A stretch of DNA of 64,000 bases from Candidatus Latescibacterota bacterium (lineage in GTDB: Bacteria > Latescibacterota > UBA2968 > UBA8231), in contig CBDCSU010000004.1 of NCBI GenBank assembly GCA_965221775.1, positions 1,024,001 to 1,088,000 of the forward strand, written 5' to 3'. A program made the position numbers and the translations under genes. Below are positions 9,124 to 18,720 of this stretch, piece by piece. Each line of letters begins with the position of its first letter. The stretch's first letter is position 1. The notes beneath the pieces are model-generated. The model was given only the letters and a program-made list of their open reading frames with translations, ran no database searches and had not been told where the DNA came from.

Positions 9124-10614
9124 TCAGTCCGCTCCGGCCGAGGCCTTGATCCGCTTCAGCTCGGCCGCCTCGGGAAGGGCCTTGTATAGGGGGTCGAGGG
9201 GGAAGCACCCGGAGATCATGCCGTTGCGCGGCGCCGTGGTGCAGTCCGAGAAGGTGCGGCAGATCCGCTTGCGCGCCAGGGGCCGCCCCCCGAGCACGTC
9301 CGCCGGCAGGTCCGGATAGGCCAGCACCATGCGCCCGAGGCCGGCCAGATCGACCTCGCCGGCGCGCACCAGGGCCTGGGCGGCATGGGGCAGGTATTCC
9401 TGCAGATAGGAGTACCCCGAGCCGACGATCACCATGTCGGGGTGGCGCGCCTTGACCTCGCCGACCATGGCCAGCTGGCGGGCCACGCCCACGAGGGGAT
9501 CCTCCGGCGGCTGGTACCCGTCCGAAGGCGGGAAGAGGGCCGGCCGCTGGATGTGGGGATTGTAGTACGGGCTGCCGCAGGAGAGGTTGACCAGCCGGAT
9601 GCCGAGGTCCCGCAGCAGGTCGAGGAAGCGGAAGGTCTCGGTCAGGTCCCAGGAGTCCGCCGGGTTGCCGCTGTCGGTGCCGAATCCGTAGCGGTAGGGC
9701 AGGTGGTCCTCGTAGGGCTCGGGGATCCCCTGCCCCGGCCGGCCTCTCTCGGCGCCGTCCGGATCGGGCCGGAAGGGCACCCAGTCGAAGGCCGAGAGCC
9801 TGACGCCGATGGCGATCGTCCCGGCCCCCTGGTCGGCGCGGATCCCCTCGACGATCCCGCGCAGGAAACGGGTGCGGTTCTCGAAGGAGCCGCCGAACTC
9901 ACCTGGTCGCGTGAAGCCCGACAGCAGCTCGTGGCCCAGGTACCCGTGGCAGTGCTTGACGTCGACGAAGTCGAACCCCGCCTCGCCGGCGACGCGGGCG
10001 CCGGAGACGTAGAGCTCGATCAGACGATGGAGCTCGTCGTCGCTGACCGGCTCGTGGCCGGCGCCAATCCCGAACCTGCGGTCCAGGATCGGGTGGCGGT
10101 AGGCGATGACCGGCTCGGGGCGGTCCTTGCGGAAGGGCCGGCAGAACCGCCCGGAGTGGGTCAGCTGCAGGCCCGCCACCAGGCCCTCACCGGAGCCGAA
10201 CCGCTCCCGGTGAGCGCTGCGGAGCAGGCCGTGGAGCTCGGCGATGCCGCCGGCCGTCTCCTGCGAGCAGATCAGCTGGTTCGGGTTCGCCCGGCCCTCG
10301 GGGCAGACGGCGCAGGCCTCGCCGCCCCAGATCAGCTTCGCCCCCGAGATCCCGAAGTTGCGCCAGCGCTGCCGAACGAGGTCCGTGGGCCGGCCGTCGC
10401 CGGTCCCGTCCCAGCCCTCCATCGGCTGGATGGCGAAGCGGTTCCCGATGCGCAGGCCGGACCCGGCGTCGATCGGCTGCGCCAGCGGGGACCCGGGCGC
10501 CGCCAGGACCTCGTCGTCGCAGGGGATGCGCACACCGAGGGCGGCGCAGTGGGCGCGCAGGTCGGCGGCGCTCCGGAAGGTGGAGACCCGCTTGTGGCGG
10601 GGCCGCTCGCCCAA
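9124..10614 (-). CDS. NADH:flavin oxidoreductase (old yellow enzyme family)
   Basis: NRFAIQPMEG, QLTHSGR, GFDFVDVKHCHGYL, GGSFENRTRF. Confidence 0.9.
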   Translation of the reverse strand: MGERPRHKRVSTFRSAADLRAHCAALGVRIPCDDEVLAAPGSPLAQPIDAGSGLRIGNRFAIQPMEGWDGTGDGRPTDLVRQRWRNFGISGAKLIWGGEACAVCPEGRANPNQLICSQETAGGIAELHGLLRSAHRERFGSGEGLVAGLQLTHSGRFCRPFRKDRPEPVIAYRHPILDRRFGIGAGHEPVSDDELHRLIELYVSGARVAGEAGFDFVDVKHCHGYLGHELLSGFTRPGEFGGSFENRTRFLRGIVEGIRADQGAGTIAIGVRLSAFDWVPFRPDPDGAERGRPGQGIPEPYEDHLPYRYGFGTDSGNPADSWDLTETFRFLDLLRDLGIRLVNLSCGSPYYNPHIQRPALFPPSDGYQPPEDPLVGVARQLAMVGEVKARHPDMVIVGSGYSYLQEYLPHAAQALVRAGEVDLAGLGRMVLAYPDLPADVLGGRPLARKRICRTFSDCTTAPRNGMISGCFPLDPLYKALPEAAELKRIKASAGAD

Positions 10615-10620
10615 GGCCTC

Positions 10621-11397
10621 CTAGGAGCCCTTCCCCGGGGCCGGCGCCGGTCGGCGCAGGAGGCGGATCCCGACTCCGACTCCCGCCGCAGCCATGACGA
10701 GACTGAAGACCTGGGCCCCGGTCAGCCCCCACAGGACCTCCGGGTTGAGGCGGATCGTCTCCACCCAGAGCCGGGCGGCCCCGGCGAGGACGAGGTAGAC
10801 GCAGAACAGCAGACCGGGCCTCCCCTCCAGGGACCTGCGCAGGCGCCAGAGCAGGCCGAATGTGGCCACCCCCAGAAGGGTCTCGTAGACCGGCGTCGGA
10901 TGGACGATCTCGTCGGTGGGCACCACGCCCTTCGGATAGGCCATGCCCCAGGGCAGGTCGGTGGGGATGCCGTAGTCGCCGTCGCCGGCGAGCTGGCAGC
11001 CGATGCGGCCGATGCCGTACCCCAGGGCCAGGCCCATGCCGACCGCGTCGGCCGTGGGCGGCAGCGGCGCTCCATGCCGCCGGATCGTCCAGACCACCGC
11101 CGCCGTGGCCACGAGGAAGCCCCCGTGCCAGGTGAGGCCGCTGCCCGAGAACACGGAGCGCAAGCTCTCGCCCCAGGTGGTCGCGTCGGGCATCTCGAAG
11201 AGGATGAAGTAGAGCTTGGCCCCCGCCAGGCCCCCGAGGATGGCGGCGGTGATCAGGTTGGCGGAGAGCTCGGGATCGATGCCGCGGCGCCGCAACTCGC
11301 TCTTGATGACGAGATGGGCCGACAGGAACCCGAGGACCACCATGGGGCCGAAGGTGGGCAGACGGAAGCTCCCGATCTCGAGCCAGTACGGATACAT
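10621..11397 (-). CDS. lgt: Prolipoprotein diacylglyceryl transferase
   Basis: MYP start, GLTWHGG, GRIGCQLAGDGDYG, HPTPVYE, multiple TM helices; 6 bp downstream of the large multidomain gene. Confidence 0.92.
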   Translation of the reverse strand: MYPYWLEIGSFRLPTFGPMVVLGFLSAHLVIKSELRRRGIDPELSANLITAAILGGLAGAKLYFILFEMPDATTWGESLRSVFSGSGLTWHGGFLVATAAVVWTIRRHGAPLPPTADAVGMGLALGYGIGRIGCQLAGDGDYGIPTDLPWGMAYPKGVVPTDEIVHPTPVYETLLGVATFGLLWRLRRSLEGRPGLLFCVYLVLAGAARLWVETIRLNPEVLWGLTGAQVFSLVMAAAGVGVGIRLLRRPAPAPGKGS

Positions 11398-11403
11398 GAA
11401 GGG

Positions 11404-14400
11404 TCAGTCCTCGGCGGGCGGCGCCCGCCCCGGGGTGGCGGAGCCGGCGGATGCCGGCCCCGGGTCAACGATGCGCCGGCGCACGGCCTCGGCGATCTCG
11501 CGGTAGACTTCGTAGGGGGTCAGGCGCTCCTGCAGGCACCGGAACGAGCCGGCTTCGACGGCGGCGCCGAGGCGCACCCGGGCGCGCCGGGGGCTGTCGC
11601 TGCCGGCGCCGGAGAGATCGACCCGGACGGGAACCACCGGCAGGTCCAGCTCCAGGGCCAGGAGGCCGATCCCCGGCCTGTAGGCGCCGACGGCGGAGGG
11701 ACGGGGCCCTCCCTCCGGGAACAGCAGCAGGGGCCGGCGCCGGCCGATGCGCCCTGCCGCCTCCTCCAGGGCCCGCGGCAAGCCGTCCTGACCGGAGAGG
11801 GTCACGAGCTCGGCGAACCAGCGGCACAACCGGGACTCCCACCGGCCTCCGATGGCGTCGTGCCCCTCCACCAGCAGGCAGAGCCCGTCGAGCTCGGGCC
11901 TCAAGGCGGCGTAGACCGCCGCGGCGGCGGCCGGTCCCGGACGGCTGGCAGCCAGGAGAAAGGGGCCCTCAGGCAGGCCCCCGGCGCCATCCACCTCGAC
12001 CCGCAGGGCGGCCCTCAATGCCCTGGACGCGATCGTGCCCAGGGCCGATCTCCCGCTCCGCGCCACGGATCCCGGGCGGCGGAGCACGGAGGACCAGTAT
12101 CCCTCCGCCTCGGACTCCGCCAGGGTCAGACCCGGCCCCACCTCGTCGAGGAGCCGGCGCAGGGTGGTCCGCTCGCGGTCGATGGTCACCTGCCCGGCCC
12201 CGGCCCCCTGCAGGGAGGCCGCCAGCTCGACCGCCATGAGCGAGTCGATCACCGTGTCCAGGGGGGCGTCGGCATGGGCGATGATCTCTCCTACGGCCAG
12301 CCCCGACAACTGGCTCAGCCGGTGGTAGACCTGCCGTTCCCAGGGAGCCAGACCGTCCGCGGCATCCACCTCTTCGGGGGCTCCGCGCTCCAGGTCCTGG
12401 CGCAGGGCCCTGCGGTCGACGCGGCCGTCGTCGAGCCGCGGCAGAGGCCGCCGCTGGATGTGCAGCCGGGCGATCCGCTGCCAGGCCGGCAGGTCGCGGG
12501 AGAGGGCATAGGCCCGTTGCCGGATCTCCTCCTCCGCTTCCGGCAGGTCCAGGTCCCGGGAGCGGGGATCGAGAACGACGACGCCGTGCACCTCTTCGCC
12601 GAGGGTGCGCGCCGACGGCAGGCCGACGACGGCCAGCTCGGCCGTGTGCGGCAGGCCTCCGTAGAGGTCCTCCACCTCGTCGGGATAGACGTTCTTGCCG
12701 CCGCCGGTGACGATCAGGGCCCGCCGCCGGCCGGTGATGAACAGGTACCCGTCCTCGTCGACGTGGCCCACGTCGCCGGTGTGCAGCCAGCCGTCCCGCA
12801 GGACCTCGTCGGTCAGGTCCGGGCGGTTCAGGTATCCCGCGGTGACCGACGGCCCCGAGACCAGGATCTCTCCGTCGTGCCCGAGGGGAGCGTCGATGCG
12901 CAACTCGACGCAGGGCAGGGCAACGCCCACGGAGCCCCGGCGGGCCGCACCCGAAGGATTGACCGTGACGATGGGGGAGGTCTCGGTCAGCCCGTAGCCC
13001 TCGTACACCGTGAGGCCTAGATCGCGGTAGGTGTCGAACAGCGTCTCGCCGAGGGGCGCGCCTCCGGAGACGATCAGGCGCAGTTGCCGCAGCACGTCGA
13101 TGTTGGGCGACCGCCCGCCCTCGGCCCGCGTGTCCAGACGCTGCACTCGATCCGCCAGGATCTTGAGGACCCTCGGCACGGCGAGCATGGCGGTGATTCC
13201 GCGCTCGCGGATGGCCTCGAGGATGTTGCGGCTGTTGAGAGGGCCGTCGAGGTAGACGGTCGAGGCTCCGCTCCACAGGGACATGAGCAGGACCCCGGTG
13301 AACTCGAGGCCGTGGTGCAGGGGCAGCAGGGACAGGATGCGGTCGCTGTCGTGAACGCGCTGCAGCTCCCCCAGGGCCAGGAGATCGGAGATCAAGTTGC
13401 CATGGGTCAGGACCACCCCCCGAGGCTCGACCCGGGTGCCGGAGGTGAAGATGATCGACGCCTCCCGGTCCCGGTCGATCTCCGGCTCCTGGAAGGTGGA
13501 TCCAGTCCCTTCGGCGGCATCCACGGAATCGCCCGAGGCCAGGTCGATTCGGGTACGGACCGCGGCCGGGGGGATCCGGGCGAGGATCGCGTCATCGGCC
13601 ACCAGGGCCCGGGCCTCGGAGAAGGCGGCCAGCCGTTCCACCTCCTCCTCCGGCGTCTGCGGGTCCACGGGCAGGACCGCCGCGCCGAGGAAGGAGCAGG
13701 CCATGTAGGAGACGACCCACTCGGGGCCGTTCTCCCCGGCCAGCAGGACGCGGTCCCCGGCGCCGAGGCCGAGACCCTGCCAGCGGCCGGCGCGCTCCTC
13801 CACGCGCTGCAGCAGGTCGGCGTAGGTGATCCTCCGCCAGCGGCCGCCGCGGCGGGCCTCGAGGGCGACGCGCCCGGCGTGGCGGGCGCAGGTCCAGCGC
13901 AGCAGGTCCGGCAGGGTGGCGATCTCGCGCTCCGCCCGCAGTCGCTCCTCCTCGGCCCCCGGCTCCCCGGGCGGCTCCGGCAGCGCCGCCTCCACGGCGC
14001 TCTCCTCGCGCAGCACGTGGCGCCGCAGGCCGGGCAGGTGGATCCCGGCCACGTACTCGGACCAGTCGATGGCGGTGACGTCCATGTCGAAGGTGGCGCG
14101 CTCGTCCGGCGGAAGCGACTCGTACAGGGCCCGGGTGCGTCCGGTCTCGAAGCGGCAGTCGAGGTGGGTGTAAGGGTGGTAGATCTCCACGTAGTAGAGC
14201 ACGCGCTGCAGCCGGATCCGGGCCGTCGCCAGAAGCCGCCGCTGCCGGGGCCGCGGCGAACGGCCCGGCAGGTCGAGGAGCCGCTCGCGGAGCCGGAGCG
14301 GAGCCAGATGCTTGAGCCGGAAGACGAACCGGAAGAGGCGCAGGCTGGGATAGCGCCAATCGGGCAGGGTCGGACGGCGGCCGTCGCGATCCGGCATGGG

Positions 14401-15597
14401 CGACCGACGGAAGTGGGCGCGCACGATGTCGAAGAGAGAGCTCAGACGTACCGGGTTCTCGGTGCTCGTGGCCACCTGGAAGACCTCCACGGCCTCGGGC
14501 CGAGCCCGCACCGCGGCGGCGATCGCGGCGTTGACCACCCGGTCCACCGGGATCACGTCGAGGATGATCTCCGGTCGCGCCGGGAAGTCGGGCACGAGTC
14601 CCCGGCCGTAGGCAACCAGCAGCGGGTCCATCACCTTCAGGCCCGTGATCCAGCCGGGCTCCGGATCGGCGAGGCTGCTCTCGATGATGCTCGGACGGAC
14701 GACGACGACCGGCACCTCCCCGCGCCGCAGGCTGAGCATCTGCTCACCCATGGCCTTGGTATAGGTGTAGACGTCGTTCCACCCGTGCTCGCGGGCGCGG
14801 CGCATCCCCTCGACCACCAGCTCTCCCCGGACCCAGCGGTCCCGGCGGTCCTCGACGAGCTGTTCCAGCCGGGCGGGCGTCAGCTTGCGGCTGCGGGACT
14901 TCCCGTACTCGCGGACCACCTCGCGCTTCAGCCGCCTCGTGAACTCCTCCTCCGCGGCTTCCTCCCGGAGGCGCCGGCAGGCGGCGCGGCAGTCCGCCAC
15001 CTCGCTCACCGGATCGAAGCCGGGTCCGCCGCCGTCGATGACCTGGCGCATGTCGCGGTCGACGGGCAGGGGCTCGTCGGCGATCGTCCCCTGGCGCCGG
15101 CCGTTGACGTAGGCGGTGGAGACGTGCACGAAGTCGACGTTCCGCCTCGAGGCCCGGGCGAGCTCCATCAGCGCCATCGGACCTCCGACATTGGCCTGGA
15201 GCGCCACGTCCAGGGGTTCGTCGAAGACGACGGTGGCGGCGCTGTTGAAGATCGTGTCGACCTCCGCCGTGAGGCGCTGCCGGTCCTCGGAGGACAGCCC
15301 GAGGTCGGGCTGGCGCTCGTCGATGGCCACGGGGACGACCTTCTCGCGCAGGCGTTCCCAGCGGCCGGGGTCGGCCCCGGCGACCCACTGGAAGAGGGCG
15401 GTGTTGTAGAGCTCCTGGAGCCGCTCGGAGGGCGCGATCTCGCGGCCGTCGGGCCGGCGGCGGGGCCGGATCAGCAGGTAGACGCGGCGGACCTCATCCC
15501 CGAGATCGCGCAGGATCTTGGCCAGCAGGGCCTGGCCGACGAACCCGGTGCCGCCGGTGATCAACAGACTTCGGTCCGTGTAGTACTCGCGGATCAT
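11404..15597 (-). CDS. Multidomain fatty-acyl reductase / acyl-CoA ligase-like adenylation / carrier protein / PlsC-like acyltransferase protein (ElbD-like)
   Basis: FAR-type SDR (ITGGTGFVG, HVSTAYV, YTYTK, RPSIIESS); AMP-binding (FTSGT, YEGYGLTETSP, TGDVG, GGKNVYPDEVE); carrier motif IDSL; acyltransferase remnant FPEG. Confidence 0.88.
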   Translation of the reverse strand: MIREYYTDRSLLITGGTGFVGQALLAKILRDLGDEVRRVYLLIRPRRRPDGREIAPSERLQELYNTALFQWVAGADPGRWERLREKVVPVAIDERQPDLGLSSEDRQRLTAEVDTIFNSAATVVFDEPLDVALQANVGGPMALMELARASRRNVDFVHVSTAYVNGRRQGTIADEPLPVDRDMRQVIDGGGPGFDPVSEVADCRAACRRLREEAAEEEFTRRLKREVVREYGKSRSRKLTPARLEQLVEDRRDRWVRGELVVEGMRRAREHGWNDVYTYTKAMGEQMLSLRRGEVPVVVVRPSIIESSLADPEPGWITGLKVMDPLLVAYGRGLVPDFPARPEIILDVIPVDRVVNAAIAAAVRARPEAVEVFQVATSTENPVRLSSLFDIVRAHFRRSPMPDRDGRRPTLPDWRYPSLRLFRFVFRLKHLAPLRLRERLLDLPGRSPRPRQRRLLATARIRLQRVLYYVEIYHPYTHLDCRFETGRTRALYESLPPDERATFDMDVTAIDWSEYVAGIHLPGLRRHVLREESAVEAALPEPPGEPGAEEERLRAEREIATLPDLLRWTCARHAGRVALEARRGGRWRRITYADLLQRVEERAGRWQGLGLGAGDRVLLAGENGPEWVVSYMACSFLGAAVLPVDPQTPEEEVERLAAFSEARALVADDAILARIPPAAVRTRIDLASGDSVDAAEGTGSTFQEPEIDRDREASIIFTSGTRVEPRGVVLTHGNLISDLLALGELQRVHDSDRILSLLPLHHGLEFTGVLLMSLWSGASTVYLDGPLNSRNILEAIRERGITAMLAVPRVLKILADRVQRLDTRAEGGRSPNIDVLRQLRLIVSGGAPLGETLFDTYRDLGLTVYEGYGLTETSPIVTVNPSGAARRGSVGVALPCVELRIDAPLGHDGEILVSGPSVTAGYLNRPDLTDEVLRDGWLHTGDVGHVDEDGYLFITGRRRALIVTGGGKNVYPDEVEDLYGGLPHTAELAVVGLPSARTLGEEVHGVVVLDPRSRDLDLPEAEEEIRQRAYALSRDLPAWQRIARLHIQRRPLPRLDDGRVDRRALRQDLERGAPEEVDAADGLAPWERQVYHRLSQLSGLAVGEIIAHADAPLDTVIDSLMAVELAASLQGAGAGQVTIDRERTTLRRLLDEVGPGLTLAESEAEGYWSSVLRRPGSVARSGRSALGTIASRALRAALRVEVDGAGGLPEGPFLLAASRPGPAAAAAVYAALRPELDGLCLLVEGHDAIGGRWESRLCRWFAELVTLSGQDGLPRALEEAAGRIGRRRPLLLFPEGGPRPSAVGAYRPGIGLLALELDLPVVPVRVDLSGAGSDSPRRARVRLGAAVEAGSFRCLQERLTPYEVYREIAEAVRRRIVDPGPASAGSATPGRAPPAED

Positions 15598-15657
15598 GCG
15601 ACGTGGAGGGCCGTGGGACGGGAGGGGAAGGAGGACGTAACTCTCCGTCGAATCTGT

Positions 15658-15686
15658 ATGTTATGTATACGGTTGCGGCCGAACAA
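15658..15686 (-). promoter_or_regulatory. Putative promoter of the ElbD-like/lgt unit
   Basis: Minus strand TTGTTC, 17-nt spacer, TAACAT in an AT-rich patch upstream of the start. Confidence 0.35.
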
Positions 15687-15908
15687 GGAGACCGGCGCGG
15701 CGTCAGGCGGGCGGCGGGGACCGGCCCTCTGCCCCCTCGCCGCGGTCCTCGTCCTCGGCTCGCCGGCGCGGCTCCTGGCGGGTGATGTAGGGATGCCGCA
15801 CCCGTCGGCGCAGTGCCTCTCGATCCGGCTCGGGACGGCCCGAGGCGTCAGAACTGCAAGGTCCATCCTTCATGAGACCAAGTGTACGCCGTGTATCCGG
15901 AAGCTGAA

Positions 15909-16823
15909 ATGACCGACCCGGACCGACGGCGCCAAGCCTGGACCCTGATCGCGAATCCGGCGGCGGGCGGGGGACGGGGCGCCCGGGTGGCGGAGCGCGG
16001 CCGGCGCCGCCTGCTCCAGGCCGGCATGGAGGTCTCCCTCGACTGGACGAGCCGGCGGGGACAGGCCCGGGAGCTGGCCGCCGCCGCCCGGGACCGCGGC
16101 TCCGCCGTGGTCGTCGTCTGCGGCGGCGACGGCACCGTGGCGGAGGTGCTGCCGGTGCTGGCGGGCGGCGCAACGAGCCTCGGACTCCTGCCCGCGGGGA
16201 CCTGCAACGACCTGGCCCGCGCCCTGGGGATCGGCATCTCCGAAGACCCGGCCATGCGGGTACTGCTCGAAGGGCAGCCCCGGCCGATCGATCTGGGCCG
16301 CTGCGGCGACCGCCTCTTCGCCACGGTGGCCTCCTTCGGCTTCGACGCGGAGGTCGGCGAGGAGATGGCCGAAGGCCGTTCGCCCCTCCCCGGAACGGCC
16401 GGATACCTGTACACCGCTCTCCGGCGTCTGCGGGGATACCGGCCGGCCCCGGTCTGTCTCCGGGGCGAGTTCGGCGAGCGCGAGCAGGAGGTCTTTCTCC
16501 TGGCCATGGGCAACACCCCGTCCTACGGAGGCGGCCTGCGCATCTGCCCGGAAGCCGACCCGACGGACGGACGGCTCGATCTCTGCCTGGTGGACGGCGG
16601 CATCTCCACCCGCGAGGTGCTCGCCCTGGTTCCCAGGATCTTCCGCGGCGGGCACGTGGGCTCTGCCGCGGTGCAGATGCTGCGCTCCTCCTGGGTGGAG
16701 ATCGAGGCCCTCGACGGCAGTCCCATGTCCCTGCGCGCCGACGGCGAGCGTCTGTGCGAGACCCCGGCCGTTGTGCGCGCCGAGCACCACGCCCTCAGGG
16801 TGATCCACCCCGGCCCTGCCTAG
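15909..16823 (+). CDS. Diacylglycerol kinase family lipid kinase (YegS/DgkB-like)
   Basis: NPAAG, GGDGT, PAGTCNDLA, GNTPSYGGG, DGRLD, ADGE motifs. Confidence 0.93.
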   Translation: MTDPDRRRQAWTLIANPAAGGGRGARVAERGRRRLLQAGMEVSLDWTSRRGQARELAAAARDRGSAVVVVCGGDGTVAEVLPVLAGGATSLGLLPAGTCNDLARALGIGISEDPAMRVLLEGQPRPIDLGRCGDRLFATVASFGFDAEVGEEMAEGRSPLPGTAGYLYTALRRLRGYRPAPVCLRGEFGEREQEVFLLAMGNTPSYGGGLRICPEADPTDGRLDLCLVDGGISTREVLALVPRIFRGGHVGSAAVQMLRSSWVEIEALDGSPMSLRADGERLCETPAVVRAEHHALRVIHPGPA

Positions 16824-16957
16824 GGCAGGGCACCGCCGGCGAGGGCCGGGAACCACGCCGACGGTGGCGGATCCGCGGCCGATTCCGCATATTGGCGGGT
16901 GCCGCTGCCCCCCACTGGCGGACTCCTCCCTGACCCATCCCGCACCCCCCGGACCGC

Positions 16958-17929
16958 ATGGCCACCAGGGCACAGAGAGTCCGTCTCGCCCTCTTCCTCG
17001 CCTTCTCCATCAGCGTTCTGGCCGGCTTCCTGCTCGTGGTGGCCGGGTCCCAGTTGCTGCTGAAGCGGGTGACCTACTACATCGAGTTCGACGAGTCCGT
17101 CGGCGGTCTCTCGGCCGGTGATCCCGTCAAGTACCAGGGTATCACCGTCGGGCGCGTGGAGGGCGCGCGGGTCTCGCCCGACGAGATCGGCGTCGTCCTC
17201 GTCGAGATCTCCCTGGAGGCCAGCAAGGTTCCCAACCTGATCCGCACCGACACGCAGGCGCGGCTCTTCAGCCAGGGCGTGACCGGCCTGAAGTACATCG
17301 AGCTGAGCTCCGGGTCGCCCGACGCGCCGCTCCTCGAGCCGGGTGAGGTGCTGCCGGCGCGGGCGACCTTCCTGTCGAACATGGAGGAACGGGCCGAGGT
17401 GCTCATGGTGCGCATCGAGGACCTGCTGACCAATCTCACGGCGATGACGGCGGAGCGGAACCAGCGCCGCCTGGGCCGGATGATCGAGGCCGGCTCGGAG
17501 CTGATGGAGAACACCAACGCCCTGATCACGGACAGCCGGGGCGACTTGGGAGAGACGGTCGCCAACCTGGCCCTGGTCACCGACAACCTCGCGGCCACCA
17601 CCGCCTCCATGAACGCCGCCATGGACTCGATCCGGGCCCTCACCTCGGCCGAGGAGACGAGGGCCGCCCTTGTCGATCTCAGGCTGTCGATCCGCGTCCT
17701 CCGCGAGCACCTCGAGGGCCCCGTGCCCGAGCTGCTGGCCAGCCTGCACCAGATGACGGGGACGATCGACGCCACCGTCACCCACGTCGACCGGACGGTA
17801 CTGCAGAGCCGCAAGAACATCCTCGACGCCATGCAGAGCCTGGAGGAGACCCTGCTCAACGTGCGCCAGGCCACCGAGCTGATCCGCGAGAACCCCGCCG
17901 TGCTCCTTCGTGGAAGGACGGACCCATGA
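16958..17929 (+). CDS. MlaD/MCE-domain protein with long helical C-terminus
   Basis: N-terminal TM, MCE motif SVGGLSAGDPVKYQGITVGRV, QGVTGLKYIEL, ~170-aa amphipathic helical tail ending NPAVLLRG. Confidence 0.9.
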   Translation: MATRAQRVRLALFLAFSISVLAGFLLVVAGSQLLLKRVTYYIEFDESVGGLSAGDPVKYQGITVGRVEGARVSPDEIGVVLVEISLEASKVPNLIRTDTQARLFSQGVTGLKYIELSSGSPDAPLLEPGEVLPARATFLSNMEERAEVLMVRIEDLLTNLTAMTAERNQRRLGRMIEAGSELMENTNALITDSRGDLGETVANLALVTDNLAATTASMNAAMDSIRALTSAEETRAALVDLRLSIRVLREHLEGPVPELLASLHQMTGTIDATVTHVDRTVLQSRKNILDAMQSLEETLLNVRQATELIRENPAVLLRGRTDP

Positions 17930-18720
17930 CCCTCCGTTCAAGCTGCGGACGGGGCGCCGCGGTCCTGCTGGCCCTGCTGGCGGCCGGCGGCTGCTCGAGT
18001 CTCTTCGCGGGCAAGGCCGAGATCCCCGAGCGCCGCAAGTTCATCATCGAGGGCCAGCCCCTGCCCCTGAAACTGCCCTTCTCGGAACGCCCCTACGAGA
18101 TGAAGGTCCAGATCGAGCGCTTCGCCATCTCCAAGTTCTACGAGCGCGATCAGATCATCTACCGGCTGTCACCCGAGGAGATCCGCGACGACCGCTACAA
18201 CCTCTGGGCCGTGCGGCCGAGCGAGATGATCACCAACGCCGTCGCCGGCTACCTCCGGGGGGCGGGCCTGTTCACCGACTTCCGCCCGGACTTCCTCGAC
18301 GTCGCCCCGGAGTTCACCCTCACCGGGACGATCGACGCCATCGAGCGCTTCGATTCGGGAGACCGCTGGTGGGCGCGGCTCGACGGCTCCCTGAAACTCG
18401 TGGACGGCGAAGGCCGGATCTTCTGGCAGCACCGGTTCGCACCGAACGAGATGGAGGTCTTCGAACGGGACATGGTCTTCACCGTGCAGGGCATGAACCA
18501 GATCCTGCTCCAGAACATGATCGAGGCCATCCGCTCTCTCGACCGGGCCCTGCTGATCCGCAAGGCCAGCGCCGAGGGCCGCGACCTGACGGGGCTGCTG
18601 GAGGAGGAGGGCGGGAACGGGATCGCCGTGCTGACCGAGGACCAGACGGAGGAGGTCCCGCGCGAGACCGAGGACTACATCGTGGTGCCGGGGAAGCTGG
18701 CGCCGCAGGGGGACCGATGA
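17926..18720 (+). CDS. PqiC-like ABC transport auxiliary lipoprotein
   Basis: Lipobox-like LAAGGC, QIIYR, YNLWAVRPSEMI; ATGA-coupled to the MCE gene. Confidence 0.78.
   Translation: MTLRSSCGRGAAVLLALLAAGGCSSLFAGKAEIPERRKFIIEGQPLPLKLPFSERPYEMKVQIERFAISKFYERDQIIYRLSPEEIRDDRYNLWAVRPSEMITNAVAGYLRGAGLFTDFRPDFLDVAPEFTLTGTIDAIERFDSGDRWWARLDGSLKLVDGEGRIFWQHRFAPNEMEVFERDMVFTVQGMNQILLQNMIEAIRSLDRALLIRKASAEGRDLTGLLEEEGGNGIAVLTEDQTEEVPRETEDYIVVPGKLAPQGDR

Noticed and set aside
9385-15912. Very long plus-strand ORFs (1211 aa, 942 aa) and similar long Arg/Pro/Gly-rich ORFs elsewhere
   Set aside because: Antisense or off-frame artefacts of high GC overlapping well-supported genes.
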